Source: Micrococcus luteus NCTC 2665 (GTDB lineage Bacteria > Actinomycetota > Actinomycetes > Actinomycetales > Micrococcaceae). From it: DNA of 32,000 nt. The notes under the pieces are model-generated. The model was given only the letters and a program-made list of their open reading frames with translations. It had not been told where the DNA came from and searched no databases. A program made the translations under genes and the position numbers. Positions within the stretch are counted from its first letter, which is position 1. Each line of letters opens with the position of its first letter. Location of the stretch: the NCBI RefSeq assembly GCF_000023205.1, contig NC_012803.1, positions 360,001-392,000 of the forward strand. Direction: 5' to 3'. This document shows positions 16,577-24,146 of this stretch, one piece after another.

Positions 16577-17635
16577 ATGAGCCATGCCGTCCCGACCGCC
16601 GTGACGCCCCACAGGACAGCCGCCCCGGAGCGACCGCTCCGGGTGCGGGTGGCGGCCGTCTACGCAGTGGTGGTGGCGCTCCACGTCCTCGCCGCGGCGC
16701 TGCTGCTGGGCGGGTACGGCGGAGCGTCGCCCTCGCCCGTGCTCCTGGCCGCGCTCGTCACCGCCTACGGGGCGGGGCTCAAGCACAGCTACGACTGGGA
16801 CCACATCTCCGCGATCGACAACTCGACGCGCAAGTTCGTCTCCGAGGGCGGCAGCCCGGCCGGCGTGGGCCTGGCGTTCAGCCTGGGCCACTCCCTCGTG
16901 GTGACGCTCGCGGCGGTCTTGGCCGTCGCCGGGGCGGGGCTCATGCAGGGGGCCTTCGCCGACGGGTCGCCGGCGAACCGGGTGCTCGGACTGATCGGCA
17001 CCGGCGTGTCCGGTGGCTACCTGCTGCTGCTCGGCGTGTACAACGGCGTCTCGGCGCTGCGGCTGCGCCGGGCGTCCGCAGTACGGCGTCCGGGCCCGGC
17101 GGAGGAGCCCACGGGTCTGGTCACGCGCCTCCTGCGGGCCCCGCTGCGCCGTGTGCGCTCCCCGCGGGACATCTTCGTCATCGGGTTCCTCTTCGGCCTG
17201 GGTTTCGACACGGCCACGACCATCGGCCTGCTGCTGCTGGCCGTGTCCGTCTCCGCCGCCGGCATCCCCCTGGTGACCCTGCTGGCGCTGCCGGTGGCGT
17301 TCACCGCCGCCATGACGCTCTGCGACACCACCAACGGGCTGGGCATGATGCGGCTCTACTCGAGCGCTCTGCAGCAGTCCGAGCGCCGACGCCGCTTCAA
17401 CCTCGTCGTCACCTCCGTGTCCGCGGTCTCGGCCCTGTTCATCGCGGTGCTCACCCTCGGCGCGTTCGTCCATGAGCTGCTGGGCTTGACGGACCCGGTG
17501 ACCACCTGGCTGGCGGAGGTGGACCTCGGCCACGCGGGACTGGCGCTCGTCGGCGTCTTCGCTCTCATCTGGCTGTGCGCCGCCCTGCTCGAGCACCGGC
17601 GCGGCCGGGTCTGTCCCGTGGGGGATGGGGCATGA
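16577..17635 (+). CDS. NiCoT (HoxN/HupN/NixA) family nickel/cobalt permease, 352 aa
   Basis: GAAGGAGG lies upstream. The signature blocks are LKHSYDWDHISAIDNSTRK (HX4DH retained), LGHSLVV and FLFGLGFDTATTIGLL. The protein is multi-TM and hydrophobic. Confidence 0.85.
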   Translation: MSHAVPTAVTPHRTAAPERPLRVRVAAVYAVVVALHVLAAALLLGGYGGASPSPVLLAALVTAYGAGLKHSYDWDHISAIDNSTRKFVSEGGSPAGVGLAFSLGHSLVVTLAAVLAVAGAGLMQGAFADGSPANRVLGLIGTGVSGGYLLLLGVYNGVSALRLRRASAVRRPGPAEEPTGLVTRLLRAPLRRVRSPRDIFVIGFLFGLGFDTATTIGLLLLAVSVSAAGIPLVTLLALPVAFTAAMTLCDTTNGLGMMRLYSSALQQSERRRRFNLVVTSVSAVSALFIAVLTLGAFVHELLGLTDPVTTWLAEVDLGHAGLALVGVFALIWLCAALLEHRRGRVCPVGDGA

Positions 17636-18624
17636 CGACGTCGACCACGGCTCCGTCCCGATCCCCCCGTGCGCCGCGTCCCCTCGGGACGGCCCTCCGC
17701 ACGGTGCTGCGCGGGGTGTCCCAGATCTTCTTTCTGGAGAACTCCCTGAGCGGCGCGCTGATCCTGGGTGCCCTGGCGCTGATGCACCCCTGGGCGGCGG
17801 TGACGACGGCCCTGGGCTCCGCCGTGCAGGCGCTGTGCTCGGCCGTCCGGCACCCCGACGAGACCGAGGACGACCTGCGGGCCCGGGCGGTCGTGCTCGG
17901 CGACGAGGTGCGGCGCGGGATCATGGGCTACAACGGCGCGCTCGTGGGGGCCGCCGCGGCGCTCGTCTTCGCGCCCACCCCCCTCACAGCCGTGCTGGCC
18001 ACGGTGGTCGGCGCCGCAGCCTGCGTCCCCGTGCACATGCTCGTGGCCCGGCTCTTCGCGACCCGGCCCCTGCGCTCCGCGGGACTCCCGGTGTCCACCG
18101 CCCCGTTCTGCCTGACCGCGGGCATGCTGACCCTCCTCACGGCCGCCCTCGCCGGGCCCTCCGCCCCGCTGACCTCATCCGGGTCCCCGTGGCCCGGTCT
18201 CGGCCTGGGGCTGCTCAACAGCTTCGCGGAGGTGGTCCTGGCGGACGGCGCCCTCCCGGGCGCGCTGATCCTGGCGGCCCTCTTCGTGGGGTCCTGGCGG
18301 GTGGGGCTCTACGGGCTGTTCGGCGCGGTGGCCTCCTTCGCCGCGGCCCGTCTCATCGTGGGGCACGAGCTCACGGACGTGTCCACGGGCCTGTGGGGGT
18401 ACAGCTCCGTGCTCGTCGCCATCGCCCTCGGCGCGGTGGTCCCGGGGCTCGGCGGCTGGCGACGGCGGGTGCCGCTCGTCGTCGTCGGCGTGGCGCTGAG
18501 CCTGGCCTTCCAGCACGTGCTGGTGGAGACCGCGATCCCGGTGTTCACCTGGCCTTTCCTGCTGGGCATGTGGGCCACGCTGCTGCTGGTCGCCGGGGCG
18601 CGGCGGGCGGCCGGCCGGGGCTGA
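17632..18624 (+). CDS. Urea transporter (UT family), 330 aa
   Basis: The ATG at 17632 overlaps the NiCoT stop (ATGA). LRGVSQIFFLENSLSGALILGALAL resembles the conserved UT N-terminal block. The protein is strongly hydrophobic throughout and sits at the end of the urease operon. Confidence 0.8.
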   Translation: MTTSTTAPSRSPRAPRPLGTALRTVLRGVSQIFFLENSLSGALILGALALMHPWAAVTTALGSAVQALCSAVRHPDETEDDLRARAVVLGDEVRRGIMGYNGALVGAAAALVFAPTPLTAVLATVVGAAACVPVHMLVARLFATRPLRSAGLPVSTAPFCLTAGMLTLLTAALAGPSAPLTSSGSPWPGLGLGLLNSFAEVVLADGALPGALILAALFVGSWRVGLYGLFGAVASFAAARLIVGHELTDVSTGLWGYSSVLVAIALGAVVPGLGGWRRRVPLVVVGVALSLAFQHVLVETAIPVFTWPFLLGMWATLLLVAGARRAAGRG

Positions 18625-18650
18625 GACCCGACGTCCGGAGGAGGGCCGGA

Positions 18651-19835
18651 TCAGGCGGCGAGCCAGATGTCCGGGCCGAAGATCTCGTAGCGGATGGACG
18701 TCGCGGGCACGCCGGCGTCGATCAGCGTCGAGCGGGTGGACTGCATGAACGCGAGCGGGCCGCAGAGGATGACCTCGGCGCCGGAGGGGAGCTCGATCTC
18801 GGAGGGGTCCATGCGGCCCTCGTGGACGGTGATGCCCTCGGGCGCCTGCTCCGGGGCCACGCCGAGCCACAGGTGGGCCTGGGCGTTCGGCAGCGCGGAG
18901 AGCGACTCCGTGAGCTGCCCGAGCAGGGCCACGGACTCCAGGGAGGCATCGGCGTGCAGGACGACGACCTCACGGTCGGACCCCTGTTCGGCCAGCGAGC
19001 TCAGGATGGAGGCGGCCGGCGTGATGCCGATGCCCGCGGTGGCGAGCATGAGGGGCGCCGAGTCGTCCTTCGGGGTGATCTCGCCGTAGGGGTTGGACAG
19101 CTCGATGACGTCGCCGACCTCCACGTTCTGGATGAGCACGGGCGAGACCTCGCCGGCCTCGTCCAGCTTCACGGTGATCACGCGCTCGGTGGTGGAGGCG
19201 GCGTGGTCCGAGAGCGAGTACTGCCGGGCCTGGCGCAGGCCGTCGGCCACCTTGACGCGCACCGAGACGAAGCCGCCGGCCTCGCCGGGGGTCTGCGGGG
19301 TGTCGTCGGCCGGCTCGAAGCGGAAGGTCACGGCGGCGTTGCCGGTGGGCTCCTTGGAGACGACCTTCCAGTCGAGCCACATCTTGTCGTTGGCCTGCTT
19401 GGCGTAGAGGCCCTTCTCGAGCTTGATCAGGGCGTCGGCCATGAGCCAGTACACCTCGGTCCAGGCCTCGGCGACCTCGGGGGTCACGGCGTCGCCGAGG
19501 ACGTCGGCGATGGCCCAGAAGAGGTTCTCGTAGACGATCTGGTACTGGTCCTCGGTGATGCCGAGGGCGGTGTGCTTGTGCGCGATCCGCGCGAGCACGG
19601 CCTCGGGCAGGGTGCCCGGGTTCTCGAGCAGGTGCACCGCGAACTTCACGATGGAGCCGGCGAGGGCCTGCGCCTGCTCGCCGTTGCGCTGGTTGGCGCG
19701 GGAGAAGACGCCGTCGAGGAGCTCGGGGTGGGCCTCGAACATGTGGGCGTAGAACTTCGGCGTGATCTCCGGCATGTGCTCGGCGACGACGGCGGCGGTG
19801 GCCTCGATGACGGGGCGGGACTTCTCGGACAGCAT
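18651..19835 (-). CDS. hmp: Flavohemoprotein (NO dioxygenase) Hmp, 394 aa
   Basis: The start is at Met15 of track ORF 18651..19877 (complement of 19833-19835), with GAGGAG 8 nt upstream. The globin N-domain reads MLSEKSRPVIEATAAVVAEHMPEITPKFYAHMFEAHPEL. RQYSLS (FAD RxYS) and GIGITP (NAD-binding) are in the C-domain. Confidence 0.92.
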   Translation of the reverse strand: MLSEKSRPVIEATAAVVAEHMPEITPKFYAHMFEAHPELLDGVFSRANQRNGEQAQALAGSIVKFAVHLLENPGTLPEAVLARIAHKHTALGITEDQYQIVYENLFWAIADVLGDAVTPEVAEAWTEVYWLMADALIKLEKGLYAKQANDKMWLDWKVVSKEPTGNAAVTFRFEPADDTPQTPGEAGGFVSVRVKVADGLRQARQYSLSDHAASTTERVITVKLDEAGEVSPVLIQNVEVGDVIELSNPYGEITPKDDSAPLMLATAGIGITPAASILSSLAEQGSDREVVVLHADASLESVALLGQLTESLSALPNAQAHLWLGVAPEQAPEGITVHEGRMDPSEIELPSGAEVILCGPLAFMQSTRSTLIDAGVPATSIRYEIFGPDIWLAA

Positions 19836-19861
19836 GGGGGTCTCCTCGGGAGCCTTATATG

Positions 19862-19876
19862 TGCATTGTCGATGCA
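19862..19876. promoter_or_regulatory. Candidate NsrR operator: palindrome TGCATTG-T-CGATGCA in the nsrR-hmp spacer
   Basis: The inverted repeat TGCAT-N5-ATGCA, with one further G-C pair inside the spacer, lies within an AT-richer stretch (CTTATATGTGCATTGTCGATGCAAGATTA). It sits 27-41 nt upstream of the hmp ATG. The ATGCA cores recall NsrR half-sites of other bacteria. Confidence 0.35.
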
Positions 19877-19879
19877 AGA

Positions 19880-20353
19880 TTACACCGTGGCCGCGTGGGA
19901 TCCCATCGCGGGCAGGCCCAGGGAGACCGGCCCCGTGGCGCCCGCTCGGCCCGGACGCACGAGGTCACGGACCGTCAGGAGGTCGAGCTCGGCCATGAAC
20001 GCCTCCCGGGCGCGCGCGAGGGCCTCCCGCAGTCGGCAGTCCGCCGCGAACGGGCACGGGACGCCCGTCTCGTGGCCGGCGCAGTCGATCACCTCGTCGC
20101 GGCTGCTCAACGCGCGCACGAGCTCGCCCACGCGCTGGTCCAGACCGGCCTCGGCGATCGTGGCCCCGCCGTTCCGACCGCGCAGCACCTCGATGGTCCC
20201 GCGGCGGCGCAGCTCGGCGACCGCCTTGATCACGTGGTTGTAGGGCACCTGGATCCGGTCCGCGATCTGCTGGCTGGTGACCCGTTCCCCCTCGGCCGCC
20301 GCGAGCGTCATCAGCACCCGCAGGCAGACGTCGGTGTAGGCGCTCAGCTTCAT
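19880..20353 (-). CDS. nsrR: Rrf2-family transcriptional regulator, NsrR-like (Fe-S, NO-sensing), 157 aa
   Basis: The start is at Met9 of the track ORF (complement of 20351-20353). MKLSAYTDVCLRVLMTLA...SQQIADRIQVPYNHVIKAVAELRRRG is the wHTH. A three-Cys cluster is present (CAGHETGVPCPFAADC). It lies directly upstream of hmp. Confidence 0.82.
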   Translation of the reverse strand: MKLSAYTDVCLRVLMTLAAAEGERVTSQQIADRIQVPYNHVIKAVAELRRRGTIEVLRGRNGGATIAEAGLDQRVGELVRALSSRDEVIDCAGHETGVPCPFAADCRLREALARAREAFMAELDLLTVRDLVRPGRAGATGPVSLGLPAMGSHAATV

Positions 20354-20412
20354 CCCCCCATCATCCCACCGGTGCACGGCCCCGCCGCGCCTGCGGTGTC
20401 CGGGCCGGTTGG

Positions 20413-20418
20413 CATACT
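20413..20418 (+). promoter_or_regulatory. Possible -10 hexamer CATACT, 6 nt before the helicase ATG (leaderless mRNA candidate)
   Basis: No SD precedes the ATG at 20425. The -10-like hexamer sits at the distance expected for transcription starting at the A of the ATG, a common actinobacterial arrangement. Confidence 0.25.
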
Positions 20419-20424
20419 GACGCC

Positions 20425-22629
20425 ATGGACGCCATGGACGCCACCTCGCACCCCGACGCCGGCCCCCGCCTCCCCGAGACCTCCGCGCCGGGGGGCGACG
20501 CCGCGCTGCACGAGGAGGCCCTGGCCGTCCTGCGTCGGCTCGTGGACCGGCCGGACGCGCGATTCAAGGACGGGCAGTTCGAGGCGATCGAGGCGCTCGT
20601 GGCCCACCGCCGCCGCGCCCTGGTGGTGCAGCGCACCGGCTGGGGCAAGTCCGCCGTGTACTTCGTGGCCTCCCTCCTGCTGCGCGCCCGCGGCGCGGGG
20701 CCCACGCTGATCGTCTCCCCGCTGCTCGCGCTCATGCGGGACCAGGTCGCAGCCGCCGCCCGGGCGGGCGTGCGCGCGGTCTCCGTGAGCTCGGCGAACG
20801 CCACGGAGTGGGACGAGGTCCGTGCTCGGCTCGCGGCGGACGAGGTGGACGTGCTGCTGATCTCGCCCGAGCGCCTCACGAACCCCCGGTTCCGGGACGA
20901 GCAGCTGCCGGACCTCGTGGCGCGCATGGGCCTGCTCGTGGTGGACGAGGCCCACTGCATCTCCGACTGGGGCCACGACTTCCGGCCGGACTACCGCCGC
21001 ATCCGGGACCTGATCGGGCTGCTTCCCGCCGAGGGGCCGCGCGCGGTGCCCGTGCTGGCCACCACCGCCACGGCCAACGCCCGTGTGGTGGCGGACGTGG
21101 TGGAGCAGCTCGGCGTCGCCTCCGAGCAGGACGTGTTCGTGCTCCGCGGCCCCCTGGCCCGCGCCTCGCTGCGCCTGGGCGTGCTGCGCATGCCCAGCCC
21201 GGCCGCGCGCCTGGCCTGGCTCCTCGACCACCTCGGGGACCTGCCGGGCTCCGGGATCGTCTACGCCCTCACCGTCTCCGCCGCCGAGGACACGGCGCGC
21301 GCCCTGCGCGAGGCGGGGCACGAGGTGGTCGCCTACACGGGCCGCACGGACCCGGAGCGTCGCGCCGAGATCGAGGAGGACCTCAAGGCCAACCGGGTGA
21401 AGGCCGTCGTGGCCACCTCGGCGCTCGGCATGGGCTTCGACAAGCCGGACCTGACGTTCGTGGTGCACCTCGGTGCGCCGGGCTCGCCCGTGGCGTACTA
21501 CCAGCAGGTCGGCCGCGCCGGCCGCGGGACGGACCACGCGGACGTGCTCCTGCTGCCCGGGCCCGAGGACCGTCGCATCTGGGAGTACTTCGCCACCGCC
21601 TCCATGCCGGACGAGGAGCAGGCGCGCGCCGTGCTGGGGGCGCTCGCGGACCACGGCGGGGCCCTCTCCGCGGCGGCGCTCGAGCCGGCCGTGCGGATCA
21701 AGCGCACCACCCTGGAGCTGCTGCTCAAGGTCCTCGCCGTGGACGGGGCGGTCGAGCGGGTGGGCGGCGGCTGGCGTGCCACCGGGCGGGAATGGACGTA
21801 CGACGCCGAGCGGTACGCCCGCGTGGCCGAGGCCCGCCGGGCCGAGGAGCGGCTCATGCTCGACTACCAGACCACGGACCGGTGCCGCATGGAGTTCCTG
21901 GCCCGCACCCTGGACGACCCCACCGCCGCGCCGTGCGGCCGCTGCGACGTCTGCGCCGGCCCCTGGTACCCGACGGGATCGGACGGGGTGGCGCGGGAGC
22001 GCGCGGAGGCCGCCCTGCGCCGCACCGGTGTGCCGATCGAACCCCGTCGCATGTGGCCCTCGGGCATGGACCGGCTGGGCGTGCCCGTCAAGGGGCGCAT
22101 CGCGTCCGAGTCGCAGGCCGAGGAGGGTCGCGCGCTCGCCCGCCTGACGGACCTCGGGTGGGGCACCGTCCTGCGGGACCTGCTGGACCGGGAGGACGCC
22201 CCGGTGCCGGAGGAGGTCCTGCGGGGCGCCGTCGACGTCCTGGCCGGCTGGGGGTGGCCGACGCGGCCGATCGCCGTCGTCGCGATGCCCTCGCGCACCC
22301 GCCCGCAGCTGGTGGGGTCGTTCGCCGAGGGGATCGCCCGGATCGGCCGGCTGCCGTTCCTCGGCTCGCTCGAGCACGCGCGCGGCGGCCCCACGGCCGG
22401 GCCGGGCGGCAACAGCGCCTACCGGCTCGGGTCCGTGTACGGCCGGTTCGCCGTCCCCGAGGCGATGGCGCAGATGCTGCGCACCGCACCGGATGCCGGC
22501 CGGCACGGCCCCGTGCTGCTCGTCGACGACCTCGTCGACTCGCGGTGGTCGCTCGCCGAGGCCGCGCGGGTGCTGCGCGAGGCCGGCGCGCAGGGGGTGC
22601 TGCCGCTCGTCCTCGCCCAGGCCGGATGA
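20425..22629 (+). CDS. RecQ-family DNA helicase of the RqlH type (ATPase + Cys4 zinc domain + ComF/phosphoribosyltransferase-like C-domain), 734 aa
   Basis: QRTGWGKSAVYF (motif I), VVDEAHCISDWGHDFRPDY (DEAH), ATTATA and VATSALGMGFDKPD are present. The Cys4 motif is CRMEF...CGRCDVC. The C-terminal VLLVDDLVDSRWSLAEAARVLREAG is a PRTase-type PRPP loop. There is no HRDC domain. Confidence 0.9.
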   Translation: MDAMDATSHPDAGPRLPETSAPGGDAALHEEALAVLRRLVDRPDARFKDGQFEAIEALVAHRRRALVVQRTGWGKSAVYFVASLLLRARGAGPTLIVSPLLALMRDQVAAAARAGVRAVSVSSANATEWDEVRARLAADEVDVLLISPERLTNPRFRDEQLPDLVARMGLLVVDEAHCISDWGHDFRPDYRRIRDLIGLLPAEGPRAVPVLATTATANARVVADVVEQLGVASEQDVFVLRGPLARASLRLGVLRMPSPAARLAWLLDHLGDLPGSGIVYALTVSAAEDTARALREAGHEVVAYTGRTDPERRAEIEEDLKANRVKAVVATSALGMGFDKPDLTFVVHLGAPGSPVAYYQQVGRAGRGTDHADVLLLPGPEDRRIWEYFATASMPDEEQARAVLGALADHGGALSAAALEPAVRIKRTTLELLLKVLAVDGAVERVGGGWRATGREWTYDAERYARVAEARRAEERLMLDYQTTDRCRMEFLARTLDDPTAAPCGRCDVCAGPWYPTGSDGVARERAEAALRRTGVPIEPRRMWPSGMDRLGVPVKGRIASESQAEEGRALARLTDLGWGTVLRDLLDREDAPVPEEVLRGAVDVLAGWGWPTRPIAVVAMPSRTRPQLVGSFAEGIARIGRLPFLGSLEHARGGPTAGPGGNSAYRLGSVYGRFAVPEAMAQMLRTAPDAGRHGPVLLVDDLVDSRWSLAEAARVLREAGAQGVLPLVLAQAG

Positions 22630-22639
22630 GCCGCCGCGG

Positions 22640-24115
22640 TCAGCGCTCCGCGCGGACGATCGCCAGCACGGCGTCGCGGAGCGCCTCCATGGTGGCGGCC
22701 GTGCGGGCCTCGCCGTTGTAGCGCAGGAACGGCTCCGTGTTGGACGGGCGGAGGTTGAACCACCACGTGCCGTCCTGGGCGGCGACCGTGGTGCCGTCCA
22801 TGCGGGTCACCGTGGTGGCCACCCCGGCGAAGTCCTCGTGCACGGCCTGGCCCTCGCCGGCGCCCTCGCCCACGGCGGGGGCGAACTGCGCCACCACCGC
22901 GGCCACGGCGGCGTCCTTGTCCTCGACCTGCGAGTTGATCTCGCCGGAGGCCACGTACGGCTCGTACTCCTCGGCCAGCTCGGACAGCGGCTGCTCCTGG
23001 CCGCCCAGGGCCGCCAGCACGTGCATGGCCGCGAGCATGCCGGTGTCCGCGTTGAAGAAGTCGCGGAAGTAGTAGTGCGCGGAGTGTTCGCCGCCGAACA
23101 CGGCGGACTCGGCGGCCATGACCGCCTTGATGAAGGAGTGACCCACGCGGGTCTCCACGGCCCGGCCCCCGTCGGCCGCCACGAGCTCGGGGACGGCGCG
23201 GGAGGTGATCAGGTTGTGGATGACCACGGGGGTCTGCTCGCCGTCGGCCTTCGCGCGGGCGATCTCGCGACGGGCCACGAGGGCGGTGATCGCGGAGGGG
23301 GAGACCGGTGTGCCCTGCTCGTCGATCACGAAGCAGCGGTCGGCGTCGCCGTCGAAGGCCAGGCCGATGTCCGCGCCGTGCTCCACGACGGCGGCCTGCA
23401 GGTCCCGGAGGTTCTCCGGCTCCAGCGGGTTGGCCGGGTGGTTCGGGAAGGTGCCGTCCAGCTCGAAGTAGAGCGGCTCGATCTCCAGCGGCAGGGCGGC
23501 CAGCTCGGCGTCGCCGAGGACGGCCGGGGTGGTCTTGCCCGCCATGCCGTTGCCCGCGTCCACCACGACCTTCAGGCGGCGCACCCCCGTCAGGTCCACG
23601 AGCGAGCGCAGGTACGCGGCGTAGCCGGGGAGGATGTCTTCCTCCGTCACGGTGCCGGCGGTCTCGGCGGCGGGGATCTCACCGGCGTCGAGGTAGGCCT
23701 GGGCCGCGTCGCGGATCTCGAACAGCCCGGTGTCCGAGGAGACCGGCACGGCGCCGGCCTGGGCCATCTTCATGCCGTTGTACTCGGCCGGGTTGTGCGA
23801 GGCGGTGAACACCACGCCCGCGGCCTGCTTCACGCCCGCCGCGTAGTAGAGCATGTCCGTGGAGATCAGCCCCAGGGTGACGACGTCGGCGCCGCGGCGC
23901 GTGGCGCCCTCGGCGAAGGCCGTCATGAACGCGGGCGAGGAGGGGCGCATGTCCCCGCCGACCAGCACGGTCTGACCGGCCAGGCCCAGTACGTCCACGA
24001 AGGCCGCGCCCACCGCGCGGACGCTCTCCGCCGTGATGGATTCGCCCACGATGCCGCGGACGTCGTACGCCTTGAAGGAGTCGTGCAGGTCGAGGGAGGG
24101 GGTCGAGGTAGTCAC
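22640..24115 (-). CDS. manB: Phosphomannomutase/phosphoglucomutase (alpha-D-phosphohexomutase), 491 aa, GTG start
   Basis: FKAYDVRG, the active-site TASHNPAEYNGMK, the metal loop FDGDADR, GGEHSAH and RPSNTEP are present. The first codon is GTG (complement of 24113-24115). Confidence 0.92.
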   Translation of the reverse strand: MTTSTPSLDLHDSFKAYDVRGIVGESITAESVRAVGAAFVDVLGLAGQTVLVGGDMRPSSPAFMTAFAEGATRRGADVVTLGLISTDMLYYAAGVKQAAGVVFTASHNPAEYNGMKMAQAGAVPVSSDTGLFEIRDAAQAYLDAGEIPAAETAGTVTEEDILPGYAAYLRSLVDLTGVRRLKVVVDAGNGMAGKTTPAVLGDAELAALPLEIEPLYFELDGTFPNHPANPLEPENLRDLQAAVVEHGADIGLAFDGDADRCFVIDEQGTPVSPSAITALVARREIARAKADGEQTPVVIHNLITSRAVPELVAADGGRAVETRVGHSFIKAVMAAESAVFGGEHSAHYYFRDFFNADTGMLAAMHVLAALGGQEQPLSELAEEYEPYVASGEINSQVEDKDAAVAAVVAQFAPAVGEGAGEGQAVHEDFAGVATTVTRMDGTTVAAQDGTWWFNLRPSNTEPFLRYNGEARTAATMEALRDAVLAIVRAER

Positions 24116-24146
24116 CCGACCGATCGTAGTGGACAGCCTGGATACA

